From an uncultured Deinococcales bacterium (lineage in GTDB: Bacteria; Deinococcota; Deinococci; Deinococcales; JAAFIG01): DNA of 23,299 nucleotides. Below are positions 1 to 9,058 of the stretch, in pieces. Positions within the stretch are counted from its first letter, which is position 1. Each line of letters starts with the position of its first letter. The stretch covers positions 1 to 23,299 of the forward strand of contig CAXTTL010000051.1 of the NCBI GenBank assembly GCA_964247135.1, read 5' to 3'. Made by a program: the position numbers and the translations under genes. The notes below the pieces were generated by a model. It worked only from the letters and a program-made list of their open reading frames with translations. It ran no database searches and was not told the DNA's origin.

Positions 1-15
1 AGGAGATGATCGAAA

Positions 16-1104
16 ATGAGCTTGATTGCAACCAAACGAACTCGAGAAAAAACCGCCAGTGATCGAATCAGGGATGCACAATCAATTCGTTCAATTGTTG
101 TCTCGGTTCTTGTGACGCTATTTGTTGGCTGGCTGGCTTTTGTCTTTTTAACACCGCTTTATGAGCTGCTCAATGCCAGTTTGGGTGCATCATCTCGAGA
201 ACCAAATCAACCTTATGGACCTTATGTTGGTAAAATTTTTACTTATGAAGATAAAGACTTAAGCGTGTATAAAGTACCAGTCGATGGTCAAATAAGGGAA
301 TTGGCATTAATCGAACCAGGGCGTGCAAACAGTGTCTTCATTGATCCCAGCAATCCAACAGTTAAAATTAATTACCCAGGCTCATACCGAGCACTTGATC
401 GTTTATGGGTTTTTAAGCCTCAATTTAAGAATTATGTAGATGCTTGGAATAACTTGCCCAATGGTTTTGCCAGAGGCTTGTTAAATACTTTTTTAATTGC
501 GGGTTTAAGTACACTTGGAATATTAATCAGCAGTTTGTTTACAGCTTACGGTCTGGCAAGATTTAATTTGCCGGGTAAAGATTTAATGTTGGGTATTGTG
601 ACTGCCACTTTAATGTTGCCATCAATTGTATTGTTTGTCCCTCAATACATTATGTTTTTTACAGTTGGCTGGGTTGGAACGTGGTTACCGCTTATTGTTC
701 CAAATTTTTTCGGTAACGCTTTTTCAATCTTTTTGTTGCGTCAATTTTTTATGGCAATTCCACGCGAGTTTGACGAAGCCGCCAAAGTAGACGGGGCAAA
801 TCCATTGCACATTCTTTGGTATATCTTGCTGCCTCTATTGCGTCCTGCCGTGATTGCGGTTGCCATTATCAACTTTATTATCGTTTGGAATGATTTCTTT
901 AATCCAACCCTGTACTTGGCTGGAAAAACCGAACTGATGCCGCTCTCTGTACTGATTCGCGCCTTCAGTTCGGCTCGAGGCAGCACCGACCCCCAAATGA
1001 TTTCGGCTGCTGCCGTCATTGCCACGGTCGTCCCAATGGCGCTGTTCTTGTTGGCGCAAAAACCCTTTATTCGTGCGGTCACCATGCCAGGTTTAGACAA
1101 ATAA
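16..1104 (+). CDS. Carbohydrate ABC transporter permease (MalG/CUT1 type)
   Basis: Multiple hydrophobic helices; EAA loop 'FDEAAKVDGA'; RBS AGGAG at 1-5. Confidence 0.9.
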   Translation: MSLIATKRTREKTASDRIRDAQSIRSIVVSVLVTLFVGWLAFVFLTPLYELLNASLGASSREPNQPYGPYVGKIFTYEDKDLSVYKVPVDGQIRELALIEPGRANSVFIDPSNPTVKINYPGSYRALDRLWVFKPQFKNYVDAWNNLPNGFARGLLNTFLIAGLSTLGILISSLFTAYGLARFNLPGKDLMLGIVTATLMLPSIVLFVPQYIMFFTVGWVGTWLPLIVPNFFGNAFSIFLLRQFFMAIPREFDEAAKVDGANPLHILWYILLPLLRPAVIAVAIINFIIVWNDFFNPTLYLAGKTELMPLSVLIRAFSSARGSTDPQMISAAAVIATVVPMALFLLAQKPFIRAVTMPGLDK

Positions 1105-1168
1105 CTTAAAACTTTGCCTGGCTTTTAAGACTCTAGAAAATCTGATGTCTCGAGCGAGGTGGTACGGC

Positions 1169-2191
1169 ATGAAACGCATTTTGGGATTGATTGTAGTCTT
1201 GGTCGCGGGGGTTGTGGTGTTTGCACAGGACAACCCGAACCCAAGTACAACCACCGAAAATCCAGTCTTTGCAACAAATCGTTTGTTGGCACGTAGCGTC
1301 AATTTTGGCAATGCGCTCGAGGCTCCTGGTGAGGGCGCATGGGGCATCACCTTAAACGAAAATTATTTTGAACTGGTAAAAAAAGCTGGTTTTACGGCGA
1401 TTCGTTTGCCCGCCAACTACAACGCACATGCAGACCAAAAGGCGCCGTACAAAGTCCAGCGCGAGTTTATGTTGCGGATCGACTGGGCAATACAAAACGC
1501 CAAAAAGCGTGGTTTGGCGATCATCATTGACTTGCACAATTACGAAGACTTCTGCACCAAACCCACCCAGAATGAAGATCGCTGGCTTGGCATCTGGCGC
1601 CAAATTGCGACCCGTTACGCGAATCAACCCGAGAGCGTTATTTTTGAACCCTTCAATGAACCGCACGACAAACTCGAGCCATTCTGGAACGATTATTTTG
1701 CCAAGGTCTTGGCGGTCATTCGTGAACGCAACCCAATTCGGGCGGTGGTCATGGACGGCAACGGTTGGAGCAACGCGGAGCGCATGACCGAATTGCAAAT
1801 TCCAAACGACCCGAACCTGATTTTGACCTTTCACAATTACACGCCGTTTCAGTTCACCCATCAGGGTGCGGAATGGTGGGCGGACGGCGCAAAATACTTG
1901 GGTACGAAATGGAATGGCACCCCTGCCGAGCAAGCGGTGGTAACTGATTACATCGAGAAAGCCGAAAAAATTGCGCAATCGGCAAACCTGCCGTTGTACA
2001 TGGGTGAGTTTGGCGCATACCGAAAAGCCGACATCGCCTCGAGAATCCGTTGGACGACCTTCACCCGCCAAACCGCCGAGCGCAAAGGGATTTCTTGGGG
2101 GTACTGGGAATTTGCTTCGGGATTTGGAATTTATGACCCGTTAATGAAACAATGGCGTACCGATTTGTTAAACGCAGTTATTGGTCAATAA
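1169..2191 (+). CDS. GH5 endoglucanase/cellulase, secreted
   Basis: Motifs 'VNFGNALEAP', 'IIDLHNY', acid/base 'NEPH' and nucleophile 'GEFG'; signal peptide MKRILGLIVVLVAGVVVFA; start moved to ATG 1169 after GAGGTGG. Confidence 0.9.
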   Translation: MKRILGLIVVLVAGVVVFAQDNPNPSTTTENPVFATNRLLARSVNFGNALEAPGEGAWGITLNENYFELVKKAGFTAIRLPANYNAHADQKAPYKVQREFMLRIDWAIQNAKKRGLAIIIDLHNYEDFCTKPTQNEDRWLGIWRQIATRYANQPESVIFEPFNEPHDKLEPFWNDYFAKVLAVIRERNPIRAVVMDGNGWSNAERMTELQIPNDPNLILTFHNYTPFQFTHQGAEWWADGAKYLGTKWNGTPAEQAVVTDYIEKAEKIAQSANLPLYMGEFGAYRKADIASRIRWTTFTRQTAERKGISWGYWEFASGFGIYDPLMKQWRTDLLNAVIGQ

Positions 2192-2280
2192 GTTTTGAAT
2201 CTCGGGATATTTGAACAACACCAGGCTCGAGGTTTTGCTCACATTAAAAAAACCAAAATCGATTTCAGTAAAGGACAACC

Positions 2281-3615
2281 ATGATTAACCGTTCGGAATT
2301 TCCCAAAAACTTTGTCTGGGGTGCAGCCACCTCGAGCTTTCAAATTGAGGGCGCCACCACCGCCGATGGGCGCGGTCCAAGCATCTGGGATACCTTCGCC
2401 GCCACGCCGGGAAAGACCCGCAATGGCGACATCGGCGAACCAGGCTGCGACCATTACCACCGCTACCAGAGCGACCTTGACCTGATGAAAGAACTCAACC
2501 TCGAGGCGTACCGATTTTCCACCGCTTGGTCGCGCGTGCTGCCACTTGGTCGCGGGAAGGTCAATGAAAAAGGCATGGGGTTTTACGAACGCCTGGTCGA
2601 TGGTCTTCTGACGCGAGGCATCACGCCGTGGCTGACCTTGTACCACTGGGATTTGCCGCAAGCCCTGGAAGATTTGGGCGGTTGGGCATCTCGAGATACC
2701 GTTCACGCCTTTGAGGAGTACGCCCACGTCATGTCTGAACGTCTTGGCGATAGGGTCAAGCACTGGATTACCCACAACGAACCGTGGTGCACCGCCTACC
2801 TGGGTTATCAGGTCGGTCATTTTGCCCCAGGCATCAGCGATCTCAAAACTGGCATTCAAGCCTCGCATCATCTGCTCTTGTCGCACGGTTTGAGCGTGCC
2901 GATCATTCGTGAAAATGTGCAGGATGCCAAAGTTGGCATCACCTTAAATTTGTGGCCCGTTCATGCCCTGACCGACTCGAGCGAGGATCAAGCCGTGGCA
3001 AAACGCCTCGATGGTTTCAGCAACCGTTGGTATTTGGACCCATTGTACGGACGCGGTTATCCAGAAGACAGCTTGGCTATTTTGGGCGAATTTGCACCCG
3101 ATGTTCAAGCGGGCGATCTAAACAAAATTGCTGTGAAAACCGATTTTATCGGCGTCAATTATTACATGCGTAACTTGGTGAAATATAATCCAGAAGCAGA
3201 AAACGGCTTTGAATTTGTCAAATCTGATCTCGAGCGCACCGATTTTGATTGGGAAATTTACCCCGAGGGTTTGACCGAACTTGCCCTGCGTTTGGGCACC
3301 GATTACCAAGCCAAAGAAATTTACATCACCGAAAACGGCTCGTGTTACGACGACACCATGATTGACTCCCAGGTCAACGACGAAAAGCGCCGCAAATACC
3401 TCGAGCTTCATTTGGAAGCCTCGAGCGAGGCGGTCAAGCAGGGTGCGCCTTTAATGGGGTATTTCGCCTGGTCGTTGATGGATAATTTTGAATGGGCAGA
3501 AGGCTATTCCAGACGGTTTGGCATTGTGCACGTGGATTTTGAAACCCAGGTGCGCACGATCAAAAGTTCGGGCAAGTTCTATCAAAACTTTTTAAAAGGC
3601 AGCGTGCTCGACTGA
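2281..3615 (+). CDS. GH1 beta-glucosidase
   Basis: Motifs 'FVWGAATSSFQIEG', 'TLYHWDLP', 'HNEPW', 'ITENG', 'DNFEWAEG'. Confidence 0.95.
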   Translation: MINRSEFPKNFVWGAATSSFQIEGATTADGRGPSIWDTFAATPGKTRNGDIGEPGCDHYHRYQSDLDLMKELNLEAYRFSTAWSRVLPLGRGKVNEKGMGFYERLVDGLLTRGITPWLTLYHWDLPQALEDLGGWASRDTVHAFEEYAHVMSERLGDRVKHWITHNEPWCTAYLGYQVGHFAPGISDLKTGIQASHHLLLSHGLSVPIIRENVQDAKVGITLNLWPVHALTDSSEDQAVAKRLDGFSNRWYLDPLYGRGYPEDSLAILGEFAPDVQAGDLNKIAVKTDFIGVNYYMRNLVKYNPEAENGFEFVKSDLERTDFDWEIYPEGLTELALRLGTDYQAKEIYITENGSCYDDTMIDSQVNDEKRRKYLELHLEASSEAVKQGAPLMGYFAWSLMDNFEWAEGYSRRFGIVHVDFETQVRTIKSSGKFYQNFLKGSVLD

Positions 3616-3696
3616 TGTCTCAACAGTGCATCATTACAGTTCAACGAACAAATATTTCAAGGATCGAAATATTTACCGTCTCGAGCTTTAAGTTAG

Positions 3697-3723
3697 AAGC
3701 CCCAAGTCAATCTTGGGGTTTTT
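3697..3723 (+). terminator. Stem-loop with T tract between GH1 and the isomerase gene
   Basis: AAGCCCCAAG-tcaat-CTTGGGGTTTTT, immediately before the next RBS. Confidence 0.55.
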
Positions 3724-3738
3724 CTTGAGGAGAAACCC

Positions 3739-4539
3739 ATGAACCAGATTTCATTTATCAGCGCCAATTTTGTCGCCCGCGAACTTGGCTACAACATGAC
3801 CGAAGGTTGGATGCAGGGTGACACCGCCACCCAAGCCTTCTTTGCGCCGCTCGAGACATTCCAAACCAGGTTCGATGCCCTGCTGCTGGAAGTCAAAAAC
3901 ATGGGTTTTCACGCCATCGACCTTTGGGGTGCTCACCTCAACCCAAAATGGGCGAGCTTGGAGCACCTCGAGATTGCCCGAGCATCATTAAAAAACCACG
4001 GTTTAAGCGTGCCGAGCCTTGCCGCCTTTTGTAGCACGCTCGAGCAAGTTGAGGGTTTTTGTGGTGTTGCCAATGCCGTCGGCGCGAGCGTGATCGCGGG
4101 CGGTGCGCCGATATTGACCGAAAAACGCGTTGAGGTGATCGCCATTCTCAAGCATCACCACGTCAAACTTGGACTCGAGAATCACCCCGAAAAAACCGCC
4201 GATGAAGTGCTGCGACTGATTGCGGATGGTTCAGACGGTTTTGTTGGTGCGGCGTGCGACACGGGTTGGTGGGGAACGCAAGGATTCTGGGCGCCGCAAG
4301 CCATTCACGAATTAAAAGACCATTTGCTTGCCGTTCACCTCAAGGACATCAAAGCCGTGGGCGCTCATGACACCTGCAAATTTGGCGACGGCATCGTGGA
4401 CATTCAAGCTTGCGTGAAAACGATTCTCGAGATTGGTTACGCAGGACCTATCGGTATCGAACATGAACCAGAAGACCACGACCCAACCCAAGATGTGCTC
4501 AGTAGCGCCAAACTGCTTAACACCTGGCTTAGCCGTTAA
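3739..4539 (+). CDS. Sugar phosphate isomerase/epimerase family (xylose-isomerase-like TIM barrel)
   Basis: Metal-binding pattern 'LENH...DTGW...VHLKD...IEHE'; RBS GAGGAG. Confidence 0.85.
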   Translation: MNQISFISANFVARELGYNMTEGWMQGDTATQAFFAPLETFQTRFDALLLEVKNMGFHAIDLWGAHLNPKWASLEHLEIARASLKNHGLSVPSLAAFCSTLEQVEGFCGVANAVGASVIAGGAPILTEKRVEVIAILKHHHVKLGLENHPEKTADEVLRLIADGSDGFVGAACDTGWWGTQGFWAPQAIHELKDHLLAVHLKDIKAVGAHDTCKFGDGIVDIQACVKTILEIGYAGPIGIEHEPEDHDPTQDVLSSAKLLNTWLSR

Positions 4540-4568
4540 AAACTCGAGGTTGACCAAAAGGAGTGACC

Positions 4569-5630
4569 ATGAACATTGCCATTGTCGGATGCGGAAATAT
4601 TGCAGGACCTTACAGCAAAGACATCAAACAACACCCGAGCCTCAAGCTGCTTGGATTTTCGGACATTGACCTTGCTCGAGCGCAAGCTTTTGCCAGCGAA
4701 CACGGCGGGAAAGCCTACGAAAGTCTCGAGGCGTTGCTGGCAGACCCCAAAATTGAACTGGTCGTGAATTTAACGATTTTTGGGGCGCATTACGAGGTCA
4801 TCAAAAAAGCGCTCGAGGCTGGGAAGCACGTTTACAGCGAAAAACCGCTGGCGCTCGTCAGCGCCGAGGCGAATGGGTTGGTCGAACTCGCCGCCGCCAA
4901 AGGTTTAAAACTGGCTGGCGCACCGATCACCTTCTTGGGTGAAGCCCAGCAAACCGCCATGAAACTGATCCGCGAGGGCAAAATTGGTGATGTGCGCGTG
5001 ATTTACGCCGAAGTGAACCACGGGCGAATTGAGAGTTGGCATCCCAACCCAGCGCCGTTTTATGCCGTCGGACCGATGCTCGACGTTGGCGTGTATCCAC
5101 TGGCTTTAATCACCGCGCTGTTCGGACCAGCCTCGAGACTCACCGCCTTTGCCAAAACTTTAAAACCAAACCGCATCACCAAAGACGGACAGCCTTTCAC
5201 CATCGAAGCCCCAGATTTTTACGTGGTCAATATTGAATTCCCCAGCGGTTTGCTCGTGCGCCTGACCGCCGATTTTTACGTCTCAAACAAGACCCTTCAA
5301 GGCGAAGGCATCGAATTTCACGGCGACATTGGATCGCTGCATTTGCACTCGTGGTTCTCCGCCACCAGTGGACTCGAGTACGCCGAATTCGGCAAAGATT
5401 ACGAAGCCTTACCGCTCGCTCGAGCAGCCACCGTCGGCATTGACTGGGCGCGAGGATTGCAAGATTTTAGCGACGCCATCAAAGAAAACCGAGTCTCGAG
5501 GGTCACTGGCGCTCATGCCGCGCACGTGGTCGAAATTTTGGAAGCCACCAACGAAAGCGCCAAAACGGGCAAAACCATCGAATTGCACTCGAGGTTTACG
5601 CCGCCAGAGGCGATGGATTGGGCGAAATAG
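4569..5630 (+). CDS. Gfo/Idh/MocA family NAD(P)-dependent oxidoreductase
   Basis: Rossmann 'IAIVGCGNIA', 'GKHVYSEKP', 'MLDVGVY'; RBS AAGGAG favours ATG 4569. Confidence 0.9.
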   Translation: MNIAIVGCGNIAGPYSKDIKQHPSLKLLGFSDIDLARAQAFASEHGGKAYESLEALLADPKIELVVNLTIFGAHYEVIKKALEAGKHVYSEKPLALVSAEANGLVELAAAKGLKLAGAPITFLGEAQQTAMKLIREGKIGDVRVIYAEVNHGRIESWHPNPAPFYAVGPMLDVGVYPLALITALFGPASRLTAFAKTLKPNRITKDGQPFTIEAPDFYVVNIEFPSGLLVRLTADFYVSNKTLQGEGIEFHGDIGSLHLHSWFSATSGLEYAEFGKDYEALPLARAATVGIDWARGLQDFSDAIKENRVSRVTGAHAAHVVEILEATNESAKTGKTIELHSRFTPPEAMDWAK

Positions 5631-5690
5631 GGGAGAGCGTTCAGATTTAATTTTTTCTGTCAAAAACAGGAGGAATCGATTGCCTGTGAT

Positions 5691-5737
5691 CCCTCATCCC
5701 CGACCCTTCTCCCAAGCGGGGAGAAGGGAGCTTTTTT
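5691..5737. repeat. Intergenic palindromic element, probable terminator between convergent genes
   Basis: CCCTCATCCCCGA followed by stem CCCTTCTCCC (5704-5713) / GGGAGAAGGG (5719-5728), then a T tract. Confidence 0.6.
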
Positions 5738-5768
5738 GCTTTACGAGTGTGGCTCGAGCCTCGAGTTT

Positions 5769-8237
5769 TTAACCCAGAGTGATTTCGACGTTGTGCTCTT
5801 TCCCGTCGCCAACGAACGGAATGGGCGCGGTTGGATTACACTCTTGTCCGTCAACAATCAATTTGGCGACGCCTTTGGACACATGGTTCGGATTTTTGAC
5901 CTCGATCTTGTACGTATCACCACGGTACTTGCGCGAGGCGCCAAAACCATCCCAGCCTTTGGGAATGCACGGGTTAACCCGCAAGCCGGTGTAATCGGGT
6001 TTAACCCCAAACAAGCCCTGCGAAACAGTCACAAAGGTCCAAGCGGCGGTGCCGGTCAACCAGGAATTCTTGGCTTCACCAAAGCAAGGCGCGTCTTTGC
6101 CCGCGATCATCTGCGCATACACATAAGGCTCAGACCTGTAGGTTTCAATCTGGTCTTGTTTGGCGCTTGGGCAAATTGAAAGGTAATACTCGAGCGCCCG
6201 ATCCCCCTCGCCGAGCATACACCAAGCCAAGTGAATCCAAGTGTTGTTGTGCGCGAAAATCCCCGCGTTTTCCTTGACCCCTGGCGGGTACGACGTGACC
6301 TCACCAAGCTCGAGGTGGTATTCGCTGAAGGCGGGTTGTTGCAAGACAATACCGTTTTTGGTGTACAAATGCTTGTGAACACTCTCGAGCGCCTGACGTG
6401 CCCGACCATTGTTTTTGCCCGCGCCACCCAGCACCGCCCACCCTTGAGATTCGATAAAAATTTTGCCCTCAATGTTGCTGCTCGAGCCGATGACCTGCCC
6501 TTTGGCGTCGTAAGCGCGGGTGTACCATTCGCCGTCCCAGGTTTTGGTTTCAATCACGTTCAGCATGTCGTCATAACCAGCTTGCATTCTGGCGGCATCC
6601 TCGGGTTTCTTAAGAAAGTTGTAAAGCTCGATCATGTCGTTGCTGGCGTACAAGAACAAACCGGCGATCATGACCGATTCGGCTATCGAATCTTTGACAT
6701 CGCCCGCCGTTTGAAACGATTCGTTCGGTTCGCTCGAGAAACAGTTCAGGTTGAGGCAATCGTTCCAGTCTGCATGACCAATCAGCGGCAAACCGTTCGG
6801 ACCACGTTTTTTCATGGTGTAAGCAATCGAAATCTCGAGGTGATGCAGCAGAGATTCGCGCTCGGTTTCCTGGGCGTAACTGAGGTCTGCATAACCCGTC
6901 GGTGCGTCCAGAATCGAGACATCGCCCGTTTCCTTGATGTACGCGCAAGTCGAGAGGATCAACCACAAGTGATCGTCGTAAAACTCGCCGCCGATGTCCG
7001 CATTGCCTTTTTTGGTCAATGGCTGATACTGGTGGTAACACGTGCCGTCAGAAAGTTGCGTGGCGGCAATGTCCAAAATTCGTTCTCGCGCCCTCGAGCC
7101 GATCATGTGCACAAAACCCAGCAAATCTTGGTTGCTGTCACGGTAACCCATGCCGCGCCCGATCCCCGTTTCGTACATCGACGCCGACCTTGACATGTTA
7201 AACGTCGCCATGCACTGATACTGATTCCAAACATTCAACATGCGGTTGGCGTGCTCGTTCGGCGAATGCGCCTGAAAATTCTCGAGCAAATCGTCCCAGT
7301 ATTTTTTGAGGTTGGCGAGCGCCGCATCCACCGCTCCAGGCGCGGAATACTTGTCCATGATCGCCTGTCCAACGGTTTTGTTCATGACAAACTTCGATTC
7401 AAACTTCGGTTCATCGCCCTGTTCGACATACGCCAGCACAAACGCAAACGATTCTTCCGCCCCAGGACTAAGTGTCAAATTAATTTGATGCGAACCAATC
7501 GGATTCCAACCGAAAGCCTTGGAATTGCTCGCCTGCCCCGCGAACGGCACTCGAGCCTCGTGCAAGCCCTCGTGAATGCCGACAAAGGCGTCTCTGGAGG
7601 TGTCAAAGCCATCAATCTTGCGGGTGCAACCAAACAGCGTGTAATGGTTGCGGCGCTCGCGGTATTCGGTCTTGTGGTAGATCGCAGAACCCTCAACCTC
7701 GACCTCGCCAATCGAGTAGGTGCGTTGGTAATTGGTCATGTCGTTTAGCGCCTCATAAAACGCGAACTCCTGATACGAGAAAATCTTCGGCGATTTTGTG
7801 ACACTCGAGCGATTGCGAACCGTGACCTTCCAAACCTCGAGGTTCTCGCCTGGAGGGACGAAAAACAGCATTTCGACTTCCAGACCATCACGCGCTCCAA
7901 TGATCTTCGTGTAACCCAACCCGTGACGGCATTCGTAAGAGACATCTTTGGCTTTGATCGGTTTCCAACCAGGATTCCAGACCGCGCCCGCATCATTGAT
8001 GTAAAAATAACGCCCGCCCAAATCATAAGGCACGTTGTTGTAACGGTAACGGGTTAAACGCCGCAGCTTGGCATCTTTCCAAAAGGTGTAACCGCCCGCC
8101 GTGTTGGTGCAAAGCCCAAAAAACTCATCCTGTCCCAAATAATTGAGCCAAGGCAATGGTGTGTCAGGACGGGTGATGACATACTCTCGAGCGGGGTCAT
8201 CAAAATAACCGTAATCATTTGGGGCTTGGTTTGTCAT
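5769..8237 (-). CDS. GH94 glycoside phosphorylase (cellobiose phosphorylase-like)
   Basis: 'YGYFDDPAREYVITRPDTPLPWLNYLG', 'RGMGYRDSNQD', catalytic 'ADWNDCLNL', 'KENAGIF', 'NSWLTGTAAW'; start moved to ATG 8237 after AAGGA. Confidence 0.92.
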   Translation of the reverse strand: MTNQAPNDYGYFDDPAREYVITRPDTPLPWLNYLGQDEFFGLCTNTAGGYTFWKDAKLRRLTRYRYNNVPYDLGGRYFYINDAGAVWNPGWKPIKAKDVSYECRHGLGYTKIIGARDGLEVEMLFFVPPGENLEVWKVTVRNRSSVTKSPKIFSYQEFAFYEALNDMTNYQRTYSIGEVEVEGSAIYHKTEYRERRNHYTLFGCTRKIDGFDTSRDAFVGIHEGLHEARVPFAGQASNSKAFGWNPIGSHQINLTLSPGAEESFAFVLAYVEQGDEPKFESKFVMNKTVGQAIMDKYSAPGAVDAALANLKKYWDDLLENFQAHSPNEHANRMLNVWNQYQCMATFNMSRSASMYETGIGRGMGYRDSNQDLLGFVHMIGSRARERILDIAATQLSDGTCYHQYQPLTKKGNADIGGEFYDDHLWLILSTCAYIKETGDVSILDAPTGYADLSYAQETERESLLHHLEISIAYTMKKRGPNGLPLIGHADWNDCLNLNCFSSEPNESFQTAGDVKDSIAESVMIAGLFLYASNDMIELYNFLKKPEDAARMQAGYDDMLNVIETKTWDGEWYTRAYDAKGQVIGSSSNIEGKIFIESQGWAVLGGAGKNNGRARQALESVHKHLYTKNGIVLQQPAFSEYHLELGEVTSYPPGVKENAGIFAHNNTWIHLAWCMLGEGDRALEYYLSICPSAKQDQIETYRSEPYVYAQMIAGKDAPCFGEAKNSWLTGTAAWTFVTVSQGLFGVKPDYTGLRVNPCIPKGWDGFGASRKYRGDTYKIEVKNPNHVSKGVAKLIVDGQECNPTAPIPFVGDGKEHNVEITLG

Positions 8238-8404
8238 GATTTTCCTTAAGATGCAGCTTGATTGAAGTGCCGAGGCTAAAAGATGAAGATGACAGAAGTT
8301 TCTCGAGCATTTTTGTTTAGTAATCATAACCTACGGAATGTTAAAAAACGAACGATCTCGAGTCATACCTGATACAGAATTTCAGTCACAGAGGTAAACT
8401 AACA

Positions 8405-9058
8405 ATGATGCGTTCAGAATTGACCCTCGAGTTACTGCAAACAGAAGCGAAGCAATTCGCCACTACGCAATCATTGGTTCACGAATCTAGCTTGTACGGC
8501 GTGACAGACGGTAAAGCAGTTGGAACACACATTGAAGCAAAATTTGTCAATCACTTGTTCGAGCGCTACAGCTTTACTCGAGGGAATGCCGCCAAAGGTA
8601 TTGACTTGCCTTCGATCAACCTGGACATCAAAGTGACCAGTGTAATCCAACCGCAATCGTCATGCCCATTTCGTTCGGCACGGCAAAAAATCTTTGGGTT
8701 GGGTTACTCATTGTTGGTGTTTGTTTATGAAAAAACCGACGACCAAAAACGCAAAACCTCCAACCTCAACATTTTACACACTGTCTTTGTCGCGGCAGAA
8801 CGCACCGCCGATTTCACAACCACACGGTTATTGCGCGAGACAATTAATACTGGAGGCAACAAAGAAGATTTGGTCGCCTTGATGTTTGACCGCAATTTAC
8901 CACTCGATGAAATCGAAGCCGAAAAAATTGCGCTGGAATTGCTCGAGAAACCAGCATTGCAAGGGTATTTGACGATTTCCAATGCTTTGCAATGGCGATT
9001 GCAGTATGCACGGGTGATTCAGGAAGCTGGACAAGTTGAAGGTTTGGTTCGTTTATGA
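8405..9058 (+). CDS. Type II restriction endonuclease, NspV-like (putative TTCGAA specificity)
   Basis: PD-(D/E)xK-like 'GIDLPSINLDIK'; blocks 'LYGVTDGKAVGT', 'QPQSSCPF', 'SNALQWRLQY' recalled from the NspV family but not verified by search; stop overlaps the MTase start (ATGA). Confidence 0.7.
   Translation: MMRSELTLELLQTEAKQFATTQSLVHESSLYGVTDGKAVGTHIEAKFVNHLFERYSFTRGNAAKGIDLPSINLDIKVTSVIQPQSSCPFRSARQKIFGLGYSLLVFVYEKTDDQKRKTSNLNILHTVFVAAERTADFTTTRLLRETINTGGNKEDLVALMFDRNLPLDEIEAEKIALELLEKPALQGYLTISNALQWRLQYARVIQEAGQVEGLVRL

Noticed and set aside
6231-7748. Plus-strand ORFs of 320 aa and 165 aa within GH94, and similar antisense ORFs at 1352-2071, 2239-2886, 11246-12235, 17265-17876 and 19711-20388
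   Set aside because: All lie wholly or almost wholly opposite well-supported genes and look like codon-bias shadows.
8238-8327. Longer annotated starts for GH94, and likewise GH5 (1145), rplJ (14039), the transposase (14504), xylF (17187) and xylH (18334)
   Set aside because: The downstream starts have clear Shine-Dalgarno sites and family-typical N-termini.
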